This document shows positions 1 through 8,132 of a DNA stretch of 64,000 bases, piece by piece. A model generated the notes under the pieces. That model saw nothing but the letters and a program-made list of their open reading frames with translations. It was not told the origin of the DNA and did not search any database. Each line of letters begins with the position of its first letter. Position 1 is the stretch's first letter. Position numbers and translations under genes: made by a program. The stretch is from positions 80,257-144,256 of the forward strand of contig JAGVJJ010000011.1 of the NCBI GenBank assembly GCA_020051175.1, in the 5' to 3' direction. The DNA is from Bacteroidia bacterium. Lineage in GTDB: Bacteria > Bacteroidota > Bacteroidia > 2-12-FULL-35-15.

Positions 1-704
1 AGCTTTACGCTAAAATTATTGAAGTTGGAAATTCAAAACTCTCAGAATATGTTATTCATAGAAAATTGGTGTTAGACCTTTTTGATAAATTATTAAAACG
101 AAAGGCAACGGAAAAAGCCGTTCATAGCTTAGTGTTTCCTCTCCAAAAGCTATCAGATGAAATTGGGTTTGAAGATCATAACTTATGGATGCTGGATGAA
201 AAACTTGCGTATCACAAATACTTAGCATCTGATATAACATTTAAGAAAATAAAGGCAACGGCTTCAAAATCAAAAGACAGACCTGACATCTTAATTTTCA
301 ACAAGCCTTTTGCTTTTACTAATGACGAAAAGCCTTATGAATCTGTTGTCCTTATTGAGTTTAAAAGGCCAATGAGGGATGATTACACGGACCAGGAAAA
401 TCCAATCTCGCAAATAAACAAATATGCAAGGGAAATTATTGACGGTGATGCCAAAGATAAGCACGGTCGGGAATTCGATTTCAGAAAAAATACTCCGATA
501 TACGCTTATATAATTTGCGATTTAACAAAGAAATTAAAGGCATTTGCAAAAGATGCTGGATATAAACTTTTACCAAGTGGGGATGGTTATTTTTCATTCA
601 ATGACAACTACAATATGTATATCGAGGTAATGAGCTTCGATAAAGTTATGAAAGATTCAAAGGAAAGGAATAGAGTGCTTTTTGAGAAACTTAACCTAAC
701 CTGA
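1..704 (+). CDS. PD-(D/E)xK nuclease-domain protein, C-terminal part only (5' end beyond the window edge)
   Basis: The frame is open from nt 3 to the stop at 702-704. The motif RPDILIF...VVLIEFKRP...NPISQINKYAREI gives the D..ExK..Q..Y restriction-endonuclease-like core. The next ATG follows after 2 nt. Confidence 0.55.
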   Translation, partial: LYAKIIEVGNSKLSEYVIHRKLVLDLFDKLLKRKATEKAVHSLVFPLQKLSDEIGFEDHNLWMLDEKLAYHKYLASDITFKKIKATASKSKDRPDILIFNKPFAFTNDEKPYESVVLIEFKRPMRDDYTDQENPISQINKYAREIIDGDAKDKHGREFDFRKNTPIYAYIICDLTKKLKAFAKDAGYKLLPSGDGYFSFNDNYNMYIEVMSFDKVMKDSKERNRVLFEKLNLT

Positions 705-706
705 GA

Positions 707-2239
707 ATGAATGAAATATTACGAATAAACGAAAAGGTACTAAAGCATCTCTTAAAATTACGTGAAGCTCACCCTGAGTTATATTTTGTCCCTCGTAAAA
801 TTAATAAGGCACAAAAGTTTGAGCAGGGTTATTGGTTCAGGGGTAATAAGGATTATCTGAATCTTTCCTTTTGGGATGGAGCAGATTGGAAAGAGCAAAT
901 ACACACTATTGGTTTCGTTGTACTAAGTGATAAAACATCGTCAATAGAGTTCTCTGCACAGGATTCTGAAGCGAAAGCACAATTCCTTTCATTGTTGGCA
1001 AATAAATTAGGAGGATTTAAAAAACTTGGGAAAAAGAACAGGTGGCAAAGACTTTATCAGGGGAAGGATTACCTTGCTAATCTTAATCATTTTATCAACA
1101 ATGTTAAACCAATTATTGACAAATTAATCCAAAGCCAAAAACCTGAAGGAATTGAATTGCTCAATGAAGAAATTTTCAAAGGTTATTTAGAAACGGTCAA
1201 TTCCTGGAGAAATCCCCACCTGGAAAATGGACGTGTCAATAAAATAGCGAGGATTTGTTGGAATACTAAAAACTGGAAGATCCCGTCCGGTCCTGAAGGA
1301 AAATCCACTTCAATAGGATCTTATGAATTTGAAAATGGCTTTGGACATGAAGAGTGGATATTTAACAAATCCCGGATAATTGATGGTTACCATTATTCCT
1401 TCTTTGAGCCACTACGCTTGAAATCGGAAAAGCATATCGGTAACTCATACAATATTTCATTGTTTACTATAAATAGCTTAAATAAGAAATATTACGTAGG
1501 GGAAATTAAAAATGCTGAGTGCATTTCCAAAAAGGAATCGGAAAGAATATTTGAAATATACAGGGCAAGTGGATGGATTGAGCAAATGAAAAAGGAAGTA
1601 AAATTAATTGGCGGGAAATGGGAATCTATCATTGCTACAAACCCTGATATTTTCTTTAATGTACGTTTCAAATTCAGTGATGCTTCGCCCGCAGATGAAC
1701 TTATTGAAATTTCGGATGAAGATATTAGTATCACTACACACCGGTTCAAATTACTACCAAAGAAAGCAGACTTTTCTTTCAACTCCCAGGATATAGAAGA
1801 AGATGATGAAAATGACGGTAATGAGAAAAGTACCGGTAAGCGTAAGAAAGTTTATAATGTTGACTGCGAATTTGATCCTTATCACGATATGATGCAAAAC
1901 GCTTTAGTAAAACTCCTTCGTGAATCAGGTGATTATAAGCGAGTGATTATTGAAAAAGGAAGGGTTGATGTAAAAGCTAAAACTAAAGACGATAAATGGC
2001 ATTACTTTGAACTTAAAACCGACAACCCTAAATTAAGCATACGCAAGGCTCTTGGACAAGTTATGGAATATGCTTATTTCCCTGACTTAGAAAAAGCAAC
2101 TGAACTTATTATTGTTTCGGATGCTGAACCTGATACAGATACAATAAAATATCTTGATTTTATTCGTATGAAATTTGATCTGCCGGTTAAATACAGGCAT
2201 TTTGATATTGAAAGAAATTATTTATCAAATGAATACTGA
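707..2239 (+). CDS. Putative reader-nuclease fusion (type IV restriction-like): central 'CWN..W..PSG / GFGHEEW / DGYHY' module plus a C-terminal PD-(D/E)xK domain
   Basis: 510-aa ORF. The C-terminus GRVDVKAK-x9-YFELKT...ALGQVMEYA gives a D-x13-ExK..Q core with an Mrr-cat-like layout. Assignment of the central motif as a DNA reader is from memory only. Confidence 0.5.
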   Translation: MNEILRINEKVLKHLLKLREAHPELYFVPRKINKAQKFEQGYWFRGNKDYLNLSFWDGADWKEQIHTIGFVVLSDKTSSIEFSAQDSEAKAQFLSLLANKLGGFKKLGKKNRWQRLYQGKDYLANLNHFINNVKPIIDKLIQSQKPEGIELLNEEIFKGYLETVNSWRNPHLENGRVNKIARICWNTKNWKIPSGPEGKSTSIGSYEFENGFGHEEWIFNKSRIIDGYHYSFFEPLRLKSEKHIGNSYNISLFTINSLNKKYYVGEIKNAECISKKESERIFEIYRASGWIEQMKKEVKLIGGKWESIIATNPDIFFNVRFKFSDASPADELIEISDEDISITTHRFKLLPKKADFSFNSQDIEEDDENDGNEKSTGKRKKVYNVDCEFDPYHDMMQNALVKLLRESGDYKRVIIEKGRVDVKAKTKDDKWHYFELKTDNPKLSIRKALGQVMEYAYFPDLEKATELIIVSDAEPDTDTIKYLDFIRMKFDLPVKYRHFDIERNYLSNEY

Positions 2240-3365
2240 AGGAATGCGTTTCTCTTACGAAGAATTATACTTTATGTATGGCCAGTACGATTCATTTGTA
2301 CAGCTTCATTTCTGCCATGACACAGAATCTTATAGGATGTTTGATGGTAATTACTTAATGGGTACGTTTAGATTTACCAATCCTGAAAGAATAGAACTTG
2401 AAAAGCTAAGAGGCACAGAGATCCCACGAACGGAAAAACGAATCACATTCATTCCCTCTCAACTGCACTCGTTTTCAGAAGAAATTAATACTTACTTGGA
2501 TCGTGATGGATTTTTGTGTTCTGATATCTGTTCCGTAAGCCAGGTTAACAGGGAAAGACAGAATCGTTACACTGCGAAAGGAGAAAAGGAAATTCCGGGA
2601 ACGCTTAAAATCAATTTTGATGGAGAAGGATTTTGTGCTGAAAAGGCTCATCTATGGCTTCTGTCGCAAAGAATCAAAAAAGGTTGGCCATTAATAGACT
2701 TTGAAATGAAAGATTACTATGGCTTGAAATTATTTTTCAGTCGGGAGGAAGTAATTGATGTCAAAGATATATATACAAATTTTGAAACACTTGGGCTTTT
2801 GCCGCAGGTAAACATTCGTTATTTAAAAACAAAGTTTTTTATTGATGAGTTGACGGAAGACGAAAATAAAACATTCCAAGAGCTGTTAAGTTTAATTGGC
2901 AAGGAACGTGTAGATACTTTGATGCTCGAATTTCAGAAGGCAACAGAATCAATGAAAGAACTGAAAAACTATGCTGATAAAGTTAAGCTCTTGTATTCTT
3001 GCCTCACAAAATTTGAAGATGAAACGTTAATTGCTGGTGAGTTTCCTGTTTGGTGGGATTTTGAGAGATTTTTGCATATATACATGCGGCATGTTAAAGA
3101 AACCCAGGTTGGTAGCAGAAATGAAGGAAGATCTGTTTTTCAATATGCGTTTCGGAATGTAATGCGTATTATTAAAATTGTACTCGAAAGTATTGAAAGT
3201 GAAATAGTGGAACACTTTAAAAACTCCGTGGACGTATTTGTAAGGAGAGGACGTAGAGCTGTATATTATGATGGACATTATTACCGAGTGGAAATAGAAT
3301 CCAACGGTAGATTGTTAACGTTTCATCCTTATAATGATGATAGAGAGAGAAATGCGGATAATTAA
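2229..3365 (+). CDS. Hypothetical protein (378 aa), third gene of the coupled module
   Basis: The ATG at 2229 (MNTEGMRF) overlaps the upstream stop by 11 nt. No motif recognised. Confidence 0.55.
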   Translation: MNTEGMRFSYEELYFMYGQYDSFVQLHFCHDTESYRMFDGNYLMGTFRFTNPERIELEKLRGTEIPRTEKRITFIPSQLHSFSEEINTYLDRDGFLCSDICSVSQVNRERQNRYTAKGEKEIPGTLKINFDGEGFCAEKAHLWLLSQRIKKGWPLIDFEMKDYYGLKLFFSREEVIDVKDIYTNFETLGLLPQVNIRYLKTKFFIDELTEDENKTFQELLSLIGKERVDTLMLEFQKATESMKELKNYADKVKLLYSCLTKFEDETLIAGEFPVWWDFERFLHIYMRHVKETQVGSRNEGRSVFQYAFRNVMRIIKIVLESIESEIVEHFKNSVDVFVRRGRRAVYYDGHYYRVEIESNGRLLTFHPYNDDRERNADN

Positions 3366-3368
3366 CTT

Positions 3369-3740
3369 TTACACTTCAATCCACTCACAATAATCTGCAA
3401 GGTCAGCTAAATGAATACGGCCATAGGGAACCGATGAGTAATATCCCTGCTGTGCAAAGCGATTTTTCCACATCTTAAAATACTCATCACGTTCTTTGAT
3501 GGAATTGAATGGCGGCACACCAATACGAATGCTGAAACCATCAGGAGAAATAACATCGTATTTTTTCTTTTTAGCAGTGGCTCCCTTCTTTGATGGTTCT
3601 TTCTTTTCAGGAAAAGAGTATTCAATTTTAAATCTACCTTTAACGGGTGTCATGGTAGCTTTCCCACCTCGGTCTTTAATTTTTTGCAAATGGATTTCAG
3701 CTACTTTTTTGCTGCTGTGTGTTTTTGTGTAAGTTTTCAT
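3369..3740 (-). CDS. Hypothetical basic protein (123 aa), last gene of the minus-strand operon
   Basis: ORF lies 18 nt downstream of the preceding gene. It has a K-rich linker and a C-terminal 'QGYYSSVPYGRIHLADL' segment. No family recognised. Confidence 0.5.
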   Translation of the reverse strand: MKTYTKTHSSKKVAEIHLQKIKDRGGKATMTPVKGRFKIEYSFPEKKEPSKKGATAKKKKYDVISPDGFSIRIGVPPFNSIKERDEYFKMWKNRFAQQGYYSSVPYGRIHLADLADYCEWIEV

Positions 3741-3758
3741 GGTATATGGTTTTTGTTT

Positions 3759-4670
3759 TTATGCTGCTTTTGCTGTGTTTAATTTTTCGGTAGCAATAGG
3801 ACTTTGATAATTTACTTCGTGATACCGGATAAGTTCACTAATGAGTTTTACAACCACTTCATTTCGGGTTTTATAGATCAGCTTACCGTAGAAATCCCGC
3901 TCCATCATCATTCTGCGGATCATTCCGTTTTCCTCTGTGTCTAAGTATTTTTTGCAGGCCCGTATATAGGCTTGCACACTGCATCCCCGGAGCTTCAGCT
4001 TACGCATGTTCACGTAAACAAAAAACCGGATGTTACCAATGAGATATTGTTCTTCAACAATGATCGTTGCAATACGGACCAGGAAGTAGTTTGGAATCCG
4101 GTTACGATACCGAGTAACATCATCCACCTGTTTGTGCAGGCGTAACCAGGTACAGTTCTGAAATTCGGTTGTAGTGATCTTCGCAATGGACTGGTGTGAG
4201 ATCATAATATCCAATCCATGATGACGGTTAGTGGTAAGCAATCCAACAATGGTTTGCCCTTTTGCACCTGTCATGTATTTGTCCAGGTCTTCCAGCACCA
4301 GCAGGCCATCAACAAACTGTTTCACCATGCGCTCTACCATATCTCGCTTTTCTTCAATGGACATGGTTTCACCACAGCGGGTGAGCGGACGTATTCTCCT
4401 TGCACGGATCTGCTTTAAATCACGGATGTATTCGGGATCAACGGTGATGTAACATTCGTAATCATCATCGTTCACATCGAAAATTAAAACCTTGCGGCCT
4501 TTCCTGCCAATGGCAGGCTGATCCCGCATGTAGTTTTCAATTTCTAAAACGTTACGAAAGGTTTTACCAACGCCAGTCTCTCCGCAAACCAGCATGAGCA
4601 TTGGCTGGCGCTCGTCCTGCTTTTGAACGAGAACGATCCCCTGAAATTTTGGCTGTTCTGTTGCTGACAT
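3759..4670 (-). CDS. P-loop NTPase, Zot-like
   Basis: Walker A is LVCGETGVGKTF and Walker B-like is LLVLEDLDKY. 'TTNRHHGLDIMISHQS' resembles the Zot-family RH.G.D motif (from memory). No TM segment seen. Confidence 0.6.
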   Translation of the reverse strand: MSATEQPKFQGIVLVQKQDERQPMLMLVCGETGVGKTFRNVLEIENYMRDQPAIGRKGRKVLIFDVNDDDYECYITVDPEYIRDLKQIRARRIRPLTRCGETMSIEEKRDMVERMVKQFVDGLLVLEDLDKYMTGAKGQTIVGLLTTNRHHGLDIMISHQSIAKITTTEFQNCTWLRLHKQVDDVTRYRNRIPNYFLVRIATIIVEEQYLIGNIRFFVYVNMRKLKLRGCSVQAYIRACKKYLDTEENGMIRRMMMERDFYGKLIYKTRNEVVVKLISELIRYHEVNYQSPIATEKLNTAKAA

Positions 4671-4696
4671 TCATTTTCAATGTTCCGGGTCAGTAA

Positions 4697-5602
4697 TTAT
4701 TCAAAGGTTTCCAGCGCAGAATCCGGTAAGCCTGTTTTAGAGCCTTCCTTCCTGGTGTGAACGGGTTCTTCATAAACTACTTCCGCTACTTCCTCTTTCT
4801 CATTCTCCGCTTTGCTTTCAGCAGTTTCTTCTTCCCGTTCATTTTCTTCTTCAGATTCGGAATCTTCCCTGGCGGCTCTAACTTCTTTTCGGATGATATC
4901 ACGGATGCGTTCAACCAGCATTTCATTTTCCGACCGGATCTCCATTACCACTTTGGCTTTCTTGATAATGATTGATAACGCAACCATTAGTAATTGCTTT
5001 TCAGGACTGAGCGCTGCCGCTTTTTTCCGAAGGATATGAACGAGCAGGGGACGAAGCAGCGCTTTGTCTTCATCGTCCAGCTTAATGCGCTTGATGTTTT
5101 TTACATTCTGTTCCTCGATCACCTGGATAACTTCTTCAAAGTCGTAGAAGTCTTTATGCTTACGAATGGTTACAAAATATCCTGCTCCAACTTCCAGTAC
5201 CGTGTTATTGATTGTTCCGATAATACTGTCGGCCATCAACCCGGCATGTTCCAATGGCATACTGAATTCTTCCTCCTTAATACCTGTTCCGGCATCACCT
5301 TTATTTTCTTCATCGGGATCGGCATTAATTTCTTGTTCAGGCGCATCCAAAGGTTTTTCTTTGGGTTTTTCCTTTGGTTGTTCTTTGCTTTCGTCTGGGG
5401 TCTTATTTTGACCATTATTTTCGGTTTTATCCGAACCGTTCTGACTTTCTGTTTTGGTATTGGTGGCATCCCCGGAAGGATTGTTTTTTTGAACTACCGG
5501 CTGCGCCAACGGACTATCGTTTTCATCCGGGATAGGTTCAAAGGAAATATCCTGCGGATCATTCTTCAAAACCTTTTCAATTAATTCTTTATTTTCTGAC
5601 AT
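4697..5602 (-). CDS. Hyper-acidic low-complexity protein (301 aa)
   Basis: E/D/K-rich N- and C-terminal tails flank a ~120-aa ordinary core. It lies in the operon with a 6-nt gap to the upstream gene. Confidence 0.55.
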   Translation of the reverse strand: MSENKELIEKVLKNDPQDISFEPIPDENDSPLAQPVVQKNNPSGDATNTKTESQNGSDKTENNGQNKTPDESKEQPKEKPKEKPLDAPEQEINADPDEENKGDAGTGIKEEEFSMPLEHAGLMADSIIGTINNTVLEVGAGYFVTIRKHKDFYDFEEVIQVIEEQNVKNIKRIKLDDEDKALLRPLLVHILRKKAAALSPEKQLLMVALSIIIKKAKVVMEIRSENEMLVERIRDIIRKEVRAAREDSESEEENEREEETAESKAENEKEEVAEVVYEEPVHTRKEGSKTGLPDSALETFE

Positions 5603-5608
5603 CTGTTC

Positions 5609-6058
5609 TTAATTTAATTTTCCAATAAATTCAACCAGTACTGATTCAACCTGCATGTATTTTGAAACAAACTTTGTGTTGCCTTTCGGCACGGCCAGAT
5701 ATTCGGCAGCTTTGCCATAACCATAGGCAACGGTGCGTTCGCTACACTGAAAGGATATCCCTATTTTGGGAAAGGTGTCTCCGGTGTACCTGCGTAATAA
5801 ATGAAAACAACATCTGCGGGCATCTTTGTATTCACGCACGTTGCTCACATAGAACAACTCCTCGTTAAGATCAAACACTTTGGTAGCCATGCTCACCAGG
5901 TATTGTGTAATCACCTTTATTTTATCGTGTTCGCTGGGCTGGATAGAAGTATTGGTGAGAAAACTGTCCAGCAGATGAATGGTTTTGGAAAGTCCGAGCT
6001 TTCCAATAACCTTATCAATGCTTGTTTGCAGCGTATTATAATCCGATGTGGTGTCCAT
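5609..6058 (-). CDS. Small HTH protein resembling DnaA domain IV
   Basis: ARRCCFHLLRRYTGDTFPKIGISFQCSERTVAYGYGKAAEYL parallels the DnaA C-terminal pattern R..a.yL.r.lt..s...IG..f..rdHsTV (from memory). Confidence 0.4.
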   Translation of the reverse strand: MDTTSDYNTLQTSIDKVIGKLGLSKTIHLLDSFLTNTSIQPSEHDKIKVITQYLVSMATKVFDLNEELFYVSNVREYKDARRCCFHLLRRYTGDTFPKIGISFQCSERTVAYGYGKAAEYLAVPKGNTKFVSKYMQVESVLVEFIGKLN

Positions 6059-6140
6059 TTTTTGCCTTGATTTGCTGTTTTTGTATTGCCGTATTAATTA
6101 CGGTTTATTGTATATTTTACGGTTTCAAAAGTAATTTTTT

Positions 6141-6890
6141 TTAGTCAGGTACAACAAAAATTTTATAACAAGTATCATATTTCCCCTTGTTCAGGCAGAA
6201 TTTTCCTACCAAAAGCCTTCTTGCCCCTAACTGGCCTTTAAATCCCCTTTTCGTTAGTTCTCCGGGCAGGATCGTGTCCTTTTTATCTGCCAGCAGCGCT
6301 TCCAGTATTTCTTCGTCTGAAGGCTCTATTTGAGGTTCCAGTTCTTGTACCGGCTCCGGTTCGGGGTCAGTTTGTTCTTCTGTTACCGGTTCTTCCGGCT
6401 GGTCCATATCGGCTATGGGCTGTTCTTCTGCTTTTTCCTCAGAAACCGGCTGCTCAGAAACAGGTTCTTCAATTGGTTTTTCTTTCTCTGCAACAGGCTG
6501 TTCTTCTACCTTTTCTTCAGTAACCGGTTGCTCAGATGCAGGCTCCTCAATGGGTTCTTCTACAACAAGTTCTTCGATCACCGGTTCCTCTTTTACTTCT
6601 TCGGGAGCGGGATCTGTAACCTGTTCCTGTACTTCAGGCTCCGGTTCTTCTTCCTCGTCATTGTTTTCCAGTTGCCCCTCGAAAAATTCTTCAAGATCTT
6701 CATCCAACTCATCCGACAGCGTTTCGAGTTTATTTAGCAGCTTTTCCCGGTCTTCATCAGTGGTATGTTCAAGATCTTCTTTAAGTTCTTCAAAACCTTT
6801 AATGCGTTTGTAAAGCATTTTCGGGAGGGTCTTATAATCAATGTTATTGTTCTCCAGGAATTTTTCGTGTGTGAATTGTTCTGTCTTCAT
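6141..6890 (-). CDS. Hyper-acidic P/E/Q-rich protein (249 aa) with an in-frame 26-aa tandem repeat
   Basis: A 78-bp direct duplication at 6418-6573 encodes PIEEP[AV]SEQPV[TS]EEK[VA]EEQP... twice. Confidence 0.55.
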   Translation of the reverse strand: MKTEQFTHEKFLENNNIDYKTLPKMLYKRIKGFEELKEDLEHTTDEDREKLLNKLETLSDELDEDLEEFFEGQLENNDEEEEPEPEVQEQVTDPAPEEVKEEPVIEELVVEEPIEEPASEQPVTEEKVEEQPVAEKEKPIEEPVSEQPVSEEKAEEQPIADMDQPEEPVTEEQTDPEPEPVQELEPQIEPSDEEILEALLADKKDTILPGELTKRGFKGQLGARRLLVGKFCLNKGKYDTCYKIFVVPD

Positions 6891-6918
6891 GTATATGATT
6901 TAATTATTGGTTTATGAA

Positions 6919-7152
6919 TTAGGCAGTTTGTCTTTTTTCTTCTTGCATCCTGGATTCAATCAATCCTGAAATACCTGCGGTGAGTATGGAGGTAACCATT
7001 ACCACACCTACGGTTTTCAAAAATTCTTTTGTAGGTGGTATTTTGTATGAAAACTTTCCACCAGCACTTTGTCCGAGATTATAATACAATAGGGCTTCGG
7101 CTATTCCAATAACCAGGCCCACGCTGGTAACTATGATGGCATTTTTATTCAT
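6919..7152 (-). CDS. Small membrane protein (77 aa, two hydrophobic helices)
   Basis: Hydrophobic stretches IIVTSVGLVIGIAEALLYY and VGVVMVTSILTAGISGLI; lies in the operon. Confidence 0.45.
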   Translation of the reverse strand: MNKNAIIVTSVGLVIGIAEALLYYNLGQSAGGKFSYKIPPTKEFLKTVGVVMVTSILTAGISGLIESRMQEEKRQTA

Positions 7153-7167
7153 GGCTTATGATTTTAA

Positions 7168-7782
7168 TTATACTGCTTCAGCATTTTCTTCCAGCTTTTT
7201 GAATTTTTCCTTGATCTCATCCTGAATTCCTTTTATTTTATTCAGTCCCCAAATAGATTTTAATTCATTCAGGAAATTGAGAACAGCCTTTTGTGTTTTC
7301 TGAATTACTGCTGTATCATCCTTCAGGCTCTTGGGAATAAGCGTGGCTGTTTTCACTAATTCCTGGCGCAGCTTAGTAACAAGCGTTTTCTTTTTAGGTG
7401 GTTGTATTTCTCCGCTTTCGATTTTACGCTGACGATCCTCTTTAAGCCGCTTTCGACAATGAGCTAAGTCGTCCAATACCTGTTCTGCTTTTTCAATTAC
7501 TTTTTTTGATTGAACTTTGCGTGTTTCTTTTTTGGTGTTTTCTTCAATCTCATCATGCGTTTCTTCTTTAATTCGCTCAATGTCTTCTTTCACCAGTTCC
7601 AGAGTTTCCTTTCCAATTTCTTCCGCTTCTTTTTTCAATTTCTTATCTCCGGGAAATTGTTCCAAATCAGCAAGTGTCTCATCGAAAATGGAAAGACCTT
7701 TTAATACTCTTTCGCTCAGGAGTTTCTTGGAAATTTTTTCCTTCTCCAAAAGATCGTATGGGTTGTTTTTTAATGTGGCCAT
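7168..7782 (-). CDS. K/E-rich coiled-coil protein (204 aa)
   Basis: Charged heptad-like composition throughout; lies in the operon with an 11-nt gap. Confidence 0.5.
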   Translation of the reverse strand: MATLKNNPYDLLEKEKISKKLLSERVLKGLSIFDETLADLEQFPGDKKLKKEAEEIGKETLELVKEDIERIKEETHDEIEENTKKETRKVQSKKVIEKAEQVLDDLAHCRKRLKEDRQRKIESGEIQPPKKKTLVTKLRQELVKTATLIPKSLKDDTAVIQKTQKAVLNFLNELKSIWGLNKIKGIQDEIKEKFKKLEENAEAV

Positions 7783-7793
7783 GTGTTTTGTTT

Positions 7794-8117
7794 TTAGTGG
7801 TTATATTCTTCTTCGATACCGAGGTTCTTCAGCAAACTGTCCCTGTCGGAAAGTGAAACACGAATGATAAATGTGTCGCCTTCAATCTTTGTGAGAATAC
7901 GGTCGGTGGCTTCCATTTTTTCAATTTCGGTTTCAAATTCAACGGTGTTATAGAACCTCGTATCAATGAGGTATTCTGAGGGTTTTAATGAAGGATGTTT
8001 TTGCTCTTTTTCAATCTGCTTCCAGTCTTCATACAACTGGAGCTTTACATTTGTGCATCCTTTTTCTTTTGCCTTACTCAGAAGGCTTACGAGGTTATCA
8101 ACAGTTGTCTTCACCAT
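7794..8117 (-). CDS. Hypothetical protein (107 aa)
   Basis: ORF starts 15 nt after the SNF2 stop; no motif recognised. Confidence 0.5.
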   Translation of the reverse strand: MVKTTVDNLVSLLSKAKEKGCTNVKLQLYEDWKQIEKEQKHPSLKPSEYLIDTRFYNTVEFETEIEKMEATDRILTKIEGDTFIIRVSLSDRDSLLKNLGIEEEYNH

Positions 8118-8132
8118 GTTAATTACTTTTTG

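Noticed and set aside
3759-7152. Zot-like ATPase plus small membrane protein as a cryptic inovirus (filamentous prophage).
   Set aside because: The ATPase lacks the C-terminal TM segment of pI-type proteins, and no rolling-circle Rep or obvious coat-protein set is present. The genes are co-operonic with two ~5-kb genes, which is incompatible with an inovirus genome.
4757-7867. Long antisense ORFs opposite the acidic and coiled-coil genes (4994..5584, 5166..5411, 6330..6737, 6415..6813, 7517..7867).
   Set aside because: Their translations are low-complexity (F/L/S/R-rich) mirror images of GAA/GAG-rich sense codons. The sense ORFs fit the operon spacing.
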